DNA of 44,740 bases from positions 1 to 44,740 of IMG/VR virus record IMGVR_UViG_3300011438_000008. One strand, 5' to 3'. Every line of letters starts with the position of its first letter. The stretch's first letter is position 1. The position numbers were made by a program, and so were the translations under genes. Below are positions 1 through 9,893 of the stretch, in pieces. This stretch comes from a virus. Taxonomy: Duplodnaviria > Caudoviricetes. The notes under the pieces were generated by a model, which did not search any database, was not told the DNA's origin, and saw only the letters and a program-made list of their open reading frames with translations.

Positions 1-123
1 ATGCCATAATCCGTCATCTTCATCAAAATACGCCTCATCGTGCCACAATCCGTCGTCATCTGGAAAGTAAGCTGCATCGTGCCATAATCCGTCGTCGGTG
101 TTCTGATCAACCTCATCGGCCAC
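1..123. repeat. Terminal direct repeat, copy 1 (circular assembly overlap)
   Basis: Identical to 44618-44740; an ORF reads through the junction. Confidence 0.95.
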
Positions 124-162
124 ACCAGCAGTAAACATTGATATGAATGATATTATACCCAT
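1..162 (-). CDS. 59-aa junction-spanning protein with 3x DDGLWHDxxYF (5' part; continues 44617-44600)
   Basis: Hand translation MGIISFISMFTAGVADEVDQNTDDGLWHDAAYFPDDDGLWHDEAYFDEDDGLWHDETYF*; ATG at 162 overlaps the end of the upstream gene; not in ORF track. Confidence 0.8.
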   Translation of the reverse strand, partial: MGIISFISMFTAGVADEVDQNTDDGLWHDAAYFPDDDGLWHDEAYFDEDDGLWH

Positions 163-1853
163 GTTCCGTGATGTGCGTTTCCTGACGTATCCGTACCTAA
201 TGCTAAAACAGGGATGTTTACTACAACAGTGGCCCCTGCGTTACTTCTGATTATAAAGTTTTTAGCTTCCCCCTCGTAAAAGTTAGCGTCTATAGGAATA
301 CCATGATTATCAAGTGTGGCGCCCACACCTAAATGCGCTGAACCACTGCTGTTTAAATTAGCAGGAAGTGAGCCAGTCTTACCGAAGTCAGATTTTGAAC
401 CTTGTGTAGCTCCGTCTATTAACAACGTGGCTCTATCTAATCCGTCATTGGTATCAATTGCTCCATCGTATTTCAAAACTACAACGTTTTCTCCTGCTGC
501 TAAATCAGTGCCTGTCCATCCAACATAACGCCATATTTGACCACCGACATAACCTAAGTAACCATAGGCAATAGTATTATTGTTATAGTATAATACTTGT
601 TGATTGTGTGGCGGGCCTCCAAACTTAGCAATCATCCTCCTTGTTCCGGATAAATTTGGATTGTTTAAAGTTATCTCTAACCAAAAATTAGTATCAGCAA
701 GCGCAAAAAGAGTATCTAAAATATCACCCAAATTAAGACGGTTAGTTGTACCGTTGAAATAAGTGTAGGCTGTGGTGGTGAAGGTGATTGATTGTAGTGA
801 GATCTCATTTCCCGAAACATCCTCAACATCATCAATAGCCAAGTAAACAAGTTGATTCGTTCCGTAGGTCGTGGTTGGGGTGATGGTAATAACAGTTTTT
901 GTAAAGTCTATTGTTGCTGTGAATCCAATATTTGCACCTCCTGAATTGGTTTGTTTAAGTACCAAAACAGCGGCAACATTTGAATTGTCAATTGTGGACC
1001 CGTCCGCGTTTCTTATCGGTTCATTAGATGTAATTGTTAATGGTTTATTAACTGTCCAAACCGCGTTCCCGTTGGCCGGAAGGAAAGTAAACGTAGGCGC
1101 TGTCACGTCTCCGGCGTCTTCCGTTGTTCCTGACGCTGTTGAGTATGGAGAATCAGCGTAAACCGAGCCATCGCCCAACGCTTTTATTCTGTAAAATACC
1201 GTATCCCCTGGATTAAGTCCGGCCTCACTGGCAGATGTTGCCCCAGCGACAGGATTTGAAAACAGAACCCAGCCTCCCAGTCCTGTTGCGCTTTTCTCAA
1301 TCTGATACCCAGACTCATTGGCGACGTCATCCCATGAAAGATCTAATTCGTTCTCACCGTCAGCCACGACAACAAAATTCGGTGGCGCTGTAAGTTGCGT
1401 TAATCCTGATGTCTGCTGTGTTGTGCCGGGAATATTAACTTCAATGCCGCCATTTACATAGTTTAACCATACGCGATGATTGCCAGCCGGTAGTATTCCG
1501 CCGTTGACCATTCCATAAATAAATTCAAAATTTGTACCCTGAAAAGTTATAGTATGGATGCCGTCTGATATTATTGTCATTCGTATAACTGATTCTTGAT
1601 CAGCTACATTACCACTTGATGCAAGTGTGAAAACGAGATCGGAATCCATCTCATGAGTGTCTACAAATATTAAATTCTTATCAAATAGAAGTTCTTCAGA
1701 GAATGTACGGTTGAATTCACGGGTTACACCTGATAAATCAGCCATATCCTGGGACGTCGTTTGTACGTTTGTCCCACCCTTAACTACTTCTACTAGTTCC
1801 GAACCGTCAAGCGCACCAGCGGCTCCGAGTTCTGATATGCGTGCGTCTGCCAT
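153..1853 (-). CDS. Fibre/adhesin protein (ISEL-type N-terminal anchor, FN3, Ig-like, LamG-like)
   Basis: N-term ARISELGAAGALDGSELVEVVKGG; FN3 LDLSWDD..YQIEKS..YRIKA; DVTAPT..DVSGN Ig-like; ConA/LamG-like C-term. Confidence 0.7.
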   Translation of the reverse strand: MADARISELGAAGALDGSELVEVVKGGTNVQTTSQDMADLSGVTREFNRTFSEELLFDKNLIFVDTHEMDSDLVFTLASSGNVADQESVIRMTIISDGIHTITFQGTNFEFIYGMVNGGILPAGNHRVWLNYVNGGIEVNIPGTTQQTSGLTQLTAPPNFVVVADGENELDLSWDDVANESGYQIEKSATGLGGWVLFSNPVAGATSASEAGLNPGDTVFYRIKALGDGSVYADSPYSTASGTTEDAGDVTAPTFTFLPANGNAVWTVNKPLTITSNEPIRNADGSTIDNSNVAAVLVLKQTNSGGANIGFTATIDFTKTVITITPTTTYGTNQLVYLAIDDVEDVSGNEISLQSITFTTTAYTYFNGTTNRLNLGDILDTLFALADTNFWLEITLNNPNLSGTRRMIAKFGGPPHNQQVLYYNNNTIAYGYLGYVGGQIWRYVGWTGTDLAAGENVVVLKYDGAIDTNDGLDRATLLIDGATQGSKSDFGKTGSLPANLNSSGSAHLGVGATLDNHGIPIDANFYEGEAKNFIIRSNAGATVVVNIPVLALGTDTSGNAHHGTWV

Positions 1854-2038
1854 TATTCAAGTAATCGTTTAAATCCACTCTCTAATAATCTATAAAAACT
1901 ATCTTCCAATAATCGGAAGCTACCACTTGTTTCAGTGATCGCGTTTATCGTAAACTCTATACGTCCGTCGTTCAACTTAAATTCTAACTCATCGCTGAGT
2001 ATAAATTCTATGGCGCTATCGTTTAACTGAAAGTTCAT
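1853..2038 (-). CDS. 61-aa adaptor-like protein with 3x RLLE repeats
   Basis: C-term FRLLEDSFYRLLESGFKRLLE; translationally coupled on both sides. Confidence 0.7.
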   Translation of the reverse strand: MNFQLNDSAIEFILSDELEFKLNDGRIEFTINAITETSGSFRLLEDSFYRLLESGFKRLLE

Positions 2039-5000
2039 GGTACTTGTATTCTTCCCCTATCTACAGGAGTTCCGAAGCCAACGTCGACCCCAGAATTAAG
2101 GAGTGGTGAACCAGCTGCCGGACGGAAGAACGGGTCATACACAAAAGGCGAAGGGTTCACACCCCCACCGCCTATGAAAGCGGGGCTAGTTGTTAACGTG
2201 TTGCTTACTGTCCACCCGCTGGGTAAAGTCGTAGCCATTCCGTTCACGGTGTTATACTCAAAATTGCATGAAGTCCATCCGCCCCCTGAACCTTCGAGCC
2301 GTGTTAATTGACTTGCACCACCGACGCCACCGTCAGAAGTAGATTGGTCGTAGATCACATTGTTCTTCGCTTGTATATCCGTGCTACTTCTGGCAAATCC
2401 ACAGCATCCGGTATAGAAAAGCGTAGTGTAGAAATTATTGCTAGGGGGTATGTGAATGGTGTTATTGAAAAAGTCTACATCCTGAAAACCTGCATAGCTG
2501 GATCTCAAAATTCCTGTAGGTGAGTTTACATGCCCCACACAATAGAACGTATTATGATGAATGTCCCAGTTAATCGCCGGGGCTGTTTCGTTTACGTTCC
2601 AGCTAACAATATAAGCGTATCGCCCACCGACAAAGTGATTGTTATCTATCTCTACATTATGATAGGATAACTCAATAGGGGTGTTTATTGAACTACCGCC
2701 CCCCTTGGTGATCATGTCAAACGTATTATTTGTAATGTGTACGGAAGGTATACCGTCATTAGTAGCCCCGTTTACCCGAACCAGCGAAACGCAGTTGTCA
2801 GTGTAGTTATTCTGAAACACACAGTTACGCGGTCTGCACTCAGCGAACTCATAAGCAATGTTTGGTATCCCACCACCCCCGTAAGGTGAATTGGCAAGTA
2901 TTCTAATTTCTGAGTTTTGAAAAGTGTGACTTTCGATGATCACATTCCCACCCCAGGACTTCACTCCATACCCGCCTGAGTTATCACTTATATCTACGTT
3001 GTCACACATGAAGTCCTCGGTACCGCCGACCAATAAATTTCCAGTAGAGAAACAAGCTGCAGCCTCGGCACTATTAATGATTTGTACGTTCTTAAATGTA
3101 TGCCCGTTCCCATGCACATACGCCCCGAAATAATCCATGTTTGTGATCTTGACATCTTCTACGGTCACGTTATTACGTGCGTTTGTGACCCCAATTACTA
3201 TACCTCCGTGGACTAGTTTAGCGTTACCCTCTATGGTCAGATCGCTTAATTTTTGCGCTGTGCTTCCTGATCCGGTGTATTGAAAGATGCATTTTGTCGC
3301 ATTGGCCCCGCTGCAATCAACATTCCAATTAAGGCCGCTAGTTACTTTTACTGTGGTGACGTCTATTCCTGCTCCTTGTATTGAAATTCCTGTACCCACA
3401 ACCAAGTAGGAAGTTTCCGTATACGTCCCAGCCGCTATGCTTATCACATCGCCAGAAGTCGATTGAGTCAATGCGTAAGTAATTGTCGCGCATGGAGTCC
3501 CCACGGTCTCGCAGTCGTTAGACCCGCCGTTAGATCCGGTTGTAGCCACGAACTTTGTTGCTGTTGCGGGTGGATCTGGTGTTTCTTCGTCGGGTACGTC
3601 TACAGGGTTTTCTATTTTTACATAGTCAACGATCAGGTAAACAGCAGATGAACTCGCGTTCTTAGTTCCAGTACACCTCAATTTTAACGTGTGTACGTCC
3701 TGCGTTAAATCTTCTTCATTATCGGGATCGTCAGCGTCACCAGAATCGAAAACTAGTTGTTGAAGTAGTGGTGTAGCTGAATAGAGATCGACCGTGTCCA
3801 CGACAACACCGTCTAACGACACTTCAAAGATTCCGTGTGTGTCTTTCTTTTCGGTATACAGTTGTACCCGTGTCCCGTTGAAAGTTATCTCAGCATAGGC
3901 GTTTGTCGTTCCGGTGTAGTCTAATGTCCCGTCATACCATCCCGCTACCCCCGTTCCAGGTGTGGCCCACGTGCTGACGTAATCCCATTGATAGCCTTGA
4001 GTCCCACGGACCGCGTTGTCAACTATCACAAAAGGAATATCAGGGGGAATAATTGGAGGTGGCGGGTTTCCACTCCCAGCCCCGGGAGCAAAGTTTCCTG
4101 ACGCGGTGTGTTTTACAATGTCGTTTGTGGCTGTTGCATCTCCGGTCAATTGGATAATAACATCATTGGTTAAATCTTCGGTAGTGGCCACATAGAACGC
4201 GCTAGCGATACCATCACTGCCTAAGAAAGTACCGTTACACTTTTGATTCCCTGCGTCTACACGTATGCACTGCCAGTCTAAAACCCATCCCTGTCCAATT
4301 GTAGGAGTGGTGGTGCTTCGTGTGACGATATCAGTAGCTCCAAAACTTAGTCGGATTGTTTTTACGTTTGCATTATTGGCTACTATCCCTGAAAATCTTC
4401 CGCTCACTAAATTGCCATTCGTAGACATGGTCCCAGCCGCTAGTGTGTCGGAAAAAAGCAAATCTTCTCCGGTAGTTACATTACCCACCGTTGAAAATTC
4501 GGTATAAACAGGGACGATAGTTTGCTGTGATATATTTGGCTTTTTGAACAGCTCCAACACCCAGGTGTCGGTTGTATTAATTTTTGTGACAATCGCGTAC
4601 TCATCTTCTTCCAGTGTCCACGGTCCTGCTGTCTGACATTTTATACTAACTGCTAGTCCTGGGAGAATTGCAAGCGTCCCAGCGCTGTCATTACGTATCT
4701 TAAACGGTGTTCCACTTTTAAAATTAGTTGTTGTAGATGGTGGGATAGTAAACGACACGTCAGTCACAGACTGAAAGGAGAACCCGACATTATAAAAAAG
4801 TGTATCTAACGCTGTGGGTGTATAGGAGGATGTTTTGGTGACCCATGTAGTGTTTTTACTCTGCGTAACACCCCCACTTACATCCATTGCCCGTAATTTT
4901 GTTCCGTCAAACTTCAGGGTATGTGTAGCCCCGGCTTTTATAACACCAGCGCCTAGCGCACTCCCACCATTGTCTGTTATTGTGGTGGCGGCTACTATCC

Positions 5001-5196
5001 CCTCTGGATCAAGAGTTACGGCAGGCGAGGTGTTGGCGTTGTTGAACGTGATAATATAAACCGTATAGATATTAAACGATGTCAATGGTGGGTAAAATAC
5101 AACCTCATAAAGGTCTGTGCCTGTAGCCGTTCCTATTCTTACCTGAGCTGTAGCCCACATTGGAATAAGGATAAGGAATAAAAGTATCTTTTTCAT
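2035..5196 (-). CDS. Large fibre/depolymerase-like protein with signal peptide, CBM-like domain and right-handed beta-helix
   Basis: Likely start 5196 (ATGA overlap with stop at 5193): MKKILLFLILIPMWATAQ; fibre modules; FVATTGSN..PCATITYAL..GDVISIAAGTY beta-helix cap and Asn ladders. Confidence 0.7.
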   Translation of the reverse strand: MKKILLFLILIPMWATAQVRIGTATGTDLYEVVFYPPLTSFNIYTVYIITFNNANTSPAVTLDPEGIVAATTITDNGGSALGAGVIKAGATHTLKFDGTKLRAMDVSGGVTQSKNTTWVTKTSSYTPTALDTLFYNVGFSFQSVTDVSFTIPPSTTTNFKSGTPFKIRNDSAGTLAILPGLAVSIKCQTAGPWTLEEDEYAIVTKINTTDTWVLELFKKPNISQQTIVPVYTEFSTVGNVTTGEDLLFSDTLAAGTMSTNGNLVSGRFSGIVANNANVKTIRLSFGATDIVTRSTTTPTIGQGWVLDWQCIRVDAGNQKCNGTFLGSDGIASAFYVATTEDLTNDVIIQLTGDATATNDIVKHTASGNFAPGAGSGNPPPPIIPPDIPFVIVDNAVRGTQGYQWDYVSTWATPGTGVAGWYDGTLDYTGTTNAYAEITFNGTRVQLYTEKKDTHGIFEVSLDGVVVDTVDLYSATPLLQQLVFDSGDADDPDNEEDLTQDVHTLKLRCTGTKNASSSAVYLIVDYVKIENPVDVPDEETPDPPATATKFVATTGSNGGSNDCETVGTPCATITYALTQSTSGDVISIAAGTYTETSYLVVGTGISIQGAGIDVTTVKVTSGLNWNVDCSGANATKCIFQYTGSGSTAQKLSDLTIEGNAKLVHGGIVIGVTNARNNVTVEDVKITNMDYFGAYVHGNGHTFKNVQIINSAEAAACFSTGNLLVGGTEDFMCDNVDISDNSGGYGVKSWGGNVIIESHTFQNSEIRILANSPYGGGGIPNIAYEFAECRPRNCVFQNNYTDNCVSLVRVNGATNDGIPSVHITNNTFDMITKGGGSSINTPIELSYHNVEIDNNHFVGGRYAYIVSWNVNETAPAINWDIHHNTFYCVGHVNSPTGILRSSYAGFQDVDFFNNTIHIPPSNNFYTTLFYTGCCGFARSSTDIQAKNNVIYDQSTSDGGVGGASQLTRLEGSGGGWTSCNFEYNTVNGMATTLPSGWTVSNTLTTSPAFIGGGGVNPSPFVYDPFFRPAAGSPLLNSGVDVGFGTPVDRGRIQVP

Positions 5197-5636
5197 ACTG
5201 CTGGGAAAAGTGTAAATTCTATAATCCAATTCGTTCCGTCGTAATCTGCTGTAGCTTTAAAAGTCCCCGTTTCAAGAGATGTAAACACCAGCGCCGCCCA
5301 ACGGGTGTCACCTGATTTAAAGTCTGATTCAAAAGTTAATGTTGCCGCTATGTTCGTAATCGTAAAAATCAAAGTAAAATGATTCGCATTCGTGTCTGTT
5401 GCTAGTACTACAGACTTAGGGGTGGCGAATGAAGCTGATCCATAAAAACTCTTTGACATCACGCCTGCTCCAAACGTAAGAGTGATAGTCGCCACTGTTG
5501 TATCAACACTAGTTAAACCACCACCACCAATCTGACTGGCTAAAACTTTCTTATTCACTCCCCCCTGGAGGACTTCAAAGTATTCTACCCCTGCTAGGGC
5601 TGAAGCTGCGGCCAGATCGGATATTTTTTTGTTCAT
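5193..5636 (-). CDS. Short tail fibre/connector protein
   Basis: N-term KKISDLAAASALAGVEYFEVLQGG paralogous to 153-1853; C-term YDGTNW module. Confidence 0.6.
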   Translation of the reverse strand: MNKKISDLAAASALAGVEYFEVLQGGVNKKVLASQIGGGGLTSVDTTVATITLTFGAGVMSKSFYGSASFATPKSVVLATDTNANHFTLIFTITNIAATLTFESDFKSGDTRWAALVFTSLETGTFKATADYDGTNWIIEFTLFPAV

Positions 5637-5980
5637 ATGAACTCAGCTTTTCCAAAACCAATCAAAACCGTATACCCACCTGCTAAAATATATTCAATCT
5701 CATAGTAATACTTTCCCCTTTCGATATCAGTGTCTGTAGCTGGTGCGTTTAGTGTAACCTCGTTTCCTGACACCGCCAGATTTGTGGGCGACGTCCATGA
5801 TATCATTAAAATCCCTCCTTCGCGCTCTTCCCATATCTTAAAAGTGAACCCCGTAGCTGCACTGAAATTCCACTCTGATCCGTCAATATCATAGAATGCA
5901 TGTACTTTGTTAAGTATCGCTTTCCCTGCGTAAAACACCAGGTCTTTTTTGTTCGCTATGAATTCGTTATGCGTGTCCAT
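5633..5980 (-). CDS. Virion structural protein, BppU-N-like
   Basis: VTLNAPATDT..GKYYYEIE..GKAEF beta-sandwich pattern; position next to fibres. Confidence 0.5.
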   Translation of the reverse strand: MDTHNEFIANKKDLVFYAGKAILNKVHAFYDIDGSEWNFSAATGFTFKIWEEREGGILMISWTSPTNLAVSGNEVTLNAPATDTDIERGKYYYEIEYILAGGYTVLIGFGKAEFI

Positions 5981-6503
5981 ACCGTGTGCAGCAGTCGTGA
6001 CAACCGCAATGCTTTCCGTGTTTAGTTCCTACCGCCGTTATATGAAATCCTGTACCTGTCCGTTTATTCTTGCAGCAGAAGTCCGCGTACAATGGGTAAC
6101 TGCTTGAATTATCCTCTAAGAATTGTACTAACTTTTCCTTCTTAGTCTGGCACCACATCTTTGCATCACGAATGAGTGTAGCCATCTGGGCGTCTGTCGC
6201 GGCCACTGAATTATCTTCTGTGTGTACCCTGATCCCCGACGCGTGGGTTTTAAAGTTGGCCTTTGGTAGCCAGAATTGATAGGCTTGCCACGCCAAGAAA
6301 GGTTTGATGTAGGTCAGTAGGGTAGTATTGGCCGTAGAATAGGAAGAAGGATACTGTCCGGCTATTTCGTTGTATAAACCTGAGCCAATAACCATTTCCA
6401 TCATCTCTTGACTTCTTTTGATAGGATTGTCCAATTCAGTCTCATCGACATTCTGTGAAATGTCGGTTTCAATCTTCATGTACTGGTAGTTAATCAGTTT
6501 CAC
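5967..6503 (-). CDS. Putative head-tail adaptor
   Basis: Follows portal; IGSGLYNEI, IKPFLAWQAY, FLEDN..YPLY pattern of Bacteroidota-phage adaptors. Confidence 0.55.
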   Translation of the reverse strand: MKLINYQYMKIETDISQNVDETELDNPIKRSQEMMEMVIGSGLYNEIAGQYPSSYSTANTTLLTYIKPFLAWQAYQFWLPKANFKTHASGIRVHTEDNSVAATDAQMATLIRDAKMWCQTKKEKLVQFLEDNSSSYPLYADFCCKNKRTGTGFHITAVGTKHGKHCGCHDCCTRYGHA

Positions 6504-8127
6504 CTTTCAATTCTTTTAATTTGTCGTTTGCCCAGATCATCATTTCCGATCCACCCCATGCGTAGTACTCGAGAGTTTCACAATTATCCCAGGGTTTATC
6601 TTTTGAGGTTGTACGTTTGCTTAAAAACCCTGATAAACGTCTAATTTCCTTCGGTCCCAACGGGGAGCCGTTCATAATCTGTTCTGAAAACTTTAATCCT
6701 GCTGGCTTTAAACAGTTTACACCCATTTTTTCCTTGTATTCTATCGCCCGTCGCACGTTTTCTCTCGCTTCTTTCGGGTAGGTGTTGAAATGTAAGTTTG
6801 TTATCCTGTTTTGTGCTGGTTCTGGGCTTGGTGTCGGCTCTGGTTGTTGTAAAGCTGGATCAACTTCTTCTTCAAGTTCAATTTCTGTGTGGTCACGTAT
6901 CCACTGGCGACGTTCTTCCGGTGTCAACTCATTCCATACCGCAGGATCAACACTTTCAAGCTCAGGGAATGGATTGTACTGTACTATCGTGATCGCGTCA
7001 GTATAAGGTTTGACCATGTTTGCGAGTAGCTCTTGGTAGTAAGCCACTAAAAGCGACTGTGGGCGTATAGCGCGTTGCTGTTGAAGTTTAACCGCTGCCC
7101 TGATAGTGTTGCCATCCCCACCTAAACTTACTCCCTCGGAGATATTTGCAAGTATCCCCACGACTTTTGTAGCTATGGTGATCTTTTTAGTGGCGTGTTC
7201 ATCTGTCACACGGTGCATATCCGCGTTGGCGTTCGAAGGAAAGGCTTCAGCTACCGGCCATTCATTTGGATTATTAGCCCAAAATGTCATAATCTGCCCA
7301 ACACGGTTAGCCCCTGAGAAGTTTTTAGTCATTTCAGTGTCAAACGCCTTGCCTTTTAAAATATCATCACCGTTTCCGTCCTTCATTCCTGACGGATCGT
7401 TCGGGTCGCCTATCATTTTTAAGATAGTAGGAGTTAAAAATCCATTCTCCAAGTTCTCAGCAAAATAAACACCCGCATTTTTCTCCACCGACATCCAATG
7501 TTGAGCGGAATAAAAATCAGGAATTGGATAAAACGGGTGCCGTGTGGTCCGAAGTCCCATCCAGAATATTTGGCCCTTGAACTTAGGGTCTTTGGCTATT
7601 TGTATGACTGCCGCTTCAGGGTTATAAGTGTCGTAAACTACTGTCTCATGTTTATGATACTCAAAACCGTCCCCGAAATATGGGTTATAATGTATCTTTG
7701 AAATCACCCCCTTAGAGTCAGGTTTGCCTAGTCGGCAGTACCCGAAAGGAAGATCAAAAAACTCTGTGATCTGCCCTAGTTTGTTGAATTTAACCAGTGT
7801 AGCCACCCCCCAATTGTGACTAAAATTGTCAGCTTGGATATTGTGGTAGTTGAAAAACGTCAGCCCTTGAGAATTGATTTTTAGGTTTTCAAGGTCTTCC
7901 CCTTCGTTAAATCCTTCCCCGGTGATAAAGTCTGTTAAGGTGCTTAAACAACTTGTAGCTGTGGGTGAGCCCTCAACCAGAGAAGCTAATTTATTAGGAA
8001 AGTTGTTTAAAGGTCCAAAAGGTAAAAAGCCCGCCGACGTGTCTATTTGGGATGTGTGGGCAAACTCACGCTGAATGAAGTTATAAATCTTTATGAACGG
8101 CTGACTTACTGCTTTGGTCAAACTCAT
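6490..8127 (-). CDS. Portal protein with C-terminal WGG-domain extension
   Basis: FGPLNNFP..SPTATSC..GEG, FYPIPDFYSA, NGFLTP, FSGANRVG portal motifs; ~100-aa tail ending YYAWGG..W. Confidence 0.8.
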   Translation of the reverse strand: MSLTKAVSQPFIKIYNFIQREFAHTSQIDTSAGFLPFGPLNNFPNKLASLVEGSPTATSCLSTLTDFITGEGFNEGEDLENLKINSQGLTFFNYHNIQADNFSHNWGVATLVKFNKLGQITEFFDLPFGYCRLGKPDSKGVISKIHYNPYFGDGFEYHKHETVVYDTYNPEAAVIQIAKDPKFKGQIFWMGLRTTRHPFYPIPDFYSAQHWMSVEKNAGVYFAENLENGFLTPTILKMIGDPNDPSGMKDGNGDDILKGKAFDTEMTKNFSGANRVGQIMTFWANNPNEWPVAEAFPSNANADMHRVTDEHATKKITIATKVVGILANISEGVSLGGDGNTIRAAVKLQQQRAIRPQSLLVAYYQELLANMVKPYTDAITIVQYNPFPELESVDPAVWNELTPEERRQWIRDHTEIELEEEVDPALQQPEPTPSPEPAQNRITNLHFNTYPKEARENVRRAIEYKEKMGVNCLKPAGLKFSEQIMNGSPLGPKEIRRLSGFLSKRTTSKDKPWDNCETLEYYAWGGSEMMIWANDKLKELKGETD

Positions 8128-8195
8128 AGTTCCCGGAATTAATCGTATCGAACGAATTAATTACCCGAAAATGCAGATTTGTATTTGGATTACAG

Positions 8196-8214
8196 TGAAG
8201 CGTTTCGTTCAGTG
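8196..8214 (-). promoter_or_regulatory. Putative late-gene operator, copy 1 (TGAAG-N6-GTTCAGTG on + strand)
   Basis: Same motif with same spacer length upstream of ClpP at 17590-17608. Confidence 0.45.
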
Positions 8215-8244
8215 GGGTTTAAATGAGCAAATTAGAATGTAAAA

Positions 8245-8997
8245 TTAATGATCCCATATAGGTAAATTAAAGGTATTTTCGCATTCAATCAATGTTTTCT
8301 GATAGTAATTGCAATACACCCCAGAGGCCGCCAACTCTAAATCGTTCAATATGCATGACCGCTCTAGATTAGTACGTGCTGTGGAATTCCGGATCTTCTT
8401 TTCGTAGTCCCCACGACACCACGAATAGTGCTCACATATAACGTCTTCAGTATATTCTACACCTGAATTTATATTCAATTGCCGTGTGGGATCTACCCGA
8501 ATCCGTCCGTCCCAAGCGTGTGGGTAATGTTTATTCAATCCGTGGGTTATACGTGAGGTTAGTTTATGAATGAACGGCACCCTCGTCCCGTCGAAGCCTA
8601 TTGTCAGATTGGGAGAACCAAAATATACCCGTGTGGGGCAGACAAGCCCGGCTAAGTCCTCATTTAAAAAACGTGCTTTGGCTTTTAAAAAAGACTCAGG
8701 TTCATACAGTTCATCTGCGTCTAAGGTTAAAAAGTGCGTAAAGCCTATTTGCTTAGCTTTCAAAAGTCCATAGTTGCGCTTATCTGTCTCTGACTCTCTA
8801 GCGTTACGTGATTGTGGCTCCCTTAAAAAGAAATTAGTCGAGTCTAAAACCCACTCAGGTATTGGAGAAATTTCCCCATAGTTGGAGCGATCTGACCCTA
8901 TTATGATAATACCGTCTACAAGCGGAGTGATGTTTTTAAGGGAATATTTAAGAAATTCCCAATCTGCCCAAACGTTGTAAATTGCGACTAATTGCAT
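8245..8997 (-). CDS. Glycosyltransferase, GT2-like
   Basis: VDGIIII, ETDKRN, FLTLDADE (DxD), HYSW. Confidence 0.75.
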   Translation of the reverse strand: MQLVAIYNVWADWEFLKYSLKNITPLVDGIIIIGSDRSNYGEISPIPEWVLDSTNFFLREPQSRNARESETDKRNYGLLKAKQIGFTHFLTLDADELYEPESFLKAKARFLNEDLAGLVCPTRVYFGSPNLTIGFDGTRVPFIHKLTSRITHGLNKHYPHAWDGRIRVDPTRQLNINSGVEYTEDVICEHYSWCRGDYEKKIRNSTARTNLERSCILNDLELAASGVYCNYYQKTLIECENTFNLPIWDH

Positions 8998-9053
8998 TTA
9001 AATACTTATATTTGATACGCGTCGGTAAAACCAATAAGTCCGGCGAAAATATT

Positions 9054-9086
9054 AACCCCCGCTTGGTGGCTATTGGCGGGGGTTTT
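9054..9086. terminator. Hairpin / intrinsic terminator
   Basis: AACCCCCGC...GCGGGGGTT inverted repeat. Confidence 0.55.
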
Positions 9087-9282
9087 AATTCTTCCACTTA
9101 TTCAATGGACATTGTTCCTCTGTCAATCTAGTTTTAGCAATCACCGGGCAACCGCAGCCCATACAGACCCCCCACTTTAAAAGATGGCATTTGGCACATA
9201 TAACAATACGTTCCTGCGCTAGTTTATCATTCCTGTTTATAAGCCAGTACCACCACGCTAAAGGGATTCTAAGTAGTTTCAT
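9085..9282 (-). CDS. Small Cys-rich metal-binding protein
   Basis: Start 9282 (ATGA overlap); R..ICxxC..CxxCGC..K..CP..KW. Confidence 0.7.
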   Translation of the reverse strand: MKLLRIPLAWWYWLINRNDKLAQERIVICAKCHLLKWGVCMGCGCPVIAKTRLTEEQCPLNKWKN

Positions 9283-9893
9283 ATCCCTTGCAAGTACATT
9301 ACCACCCCTGGTTCTGGATCGTTGTATCCTGGCCCAATGTAGGCCATGTGATGTCCCCCTCGCTGATATTTCATCCCTAGCCGTTGAGCTATAATCGACC
9401 CGCATGTCATATCATGCCTATGGTCACTCCATGAGCCACGGAAACATCCTGCGTGGGCTGAATCCATCCACTGTTTAAAAAACAGCATAGCTATCTCTGA
9501 TTTCTTGTTTAACCCGACAAATCCGGCTGAGAACATTATAAATTTGTGTTCGTGTGGCTGTAGTTTGAAATAACTACGTGTGTGAGCATTACACCACCTG
9601 TCAACATAGTGACCCGCTTCTGTTATGAAGTAACCGTCTGTCTTAATTATGTTCTCAATTATTGATAAATCCCCCACCCGCCAGAGTGAAGCGTCACAAT
9701 ACAAAACAATGTCATCAAGTTCGAAAGCCTTTTCGATTGCGTGTAATTTAAATTCGTAGGGGCTTTCCTGATGTGTCGGGCTTCCTATCACCTCGTAATT
9801 GTTAAACATGAGCATACGGTGCCCGCTAAGCGAAGCCATTAGGCGCTGCTGTCCTAATTTATACTCACGGGTGGCGAAGTTTACGACTATCAT
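9279..9893 (-). CDS. GT-A fold glycosyltransferase-like protein
   Basis: PYEFK, VLYCDAS, SAGFVG, DHRHD motifs. Confidence 0.65.
   Translation of the reverse strand: MIVVNFATREYKLGQQRLMASLSGHRMLMFNNYEVIGSPTHQESPYEFKLHAIEKAFELDDIVLYCDASLWRVGDLSIIENIIKTDGYFITEAGHYVDRWCNAHTRSYFKLQPHEHKFIMFSAGFVGLNKKSEIAMLFFKQWMDSAHAGCFRGSWSDHRHDMTCGSIIAQRLGMKYQRGGHHMAYIGPGYNDPEPGVVMYLQGI

Noticed and set aside
1-123. Physical terminal repeat of the virion DNA
   Set aside because: It falls mid-gene within a tandem repeat; an assembler overlap is more likely.
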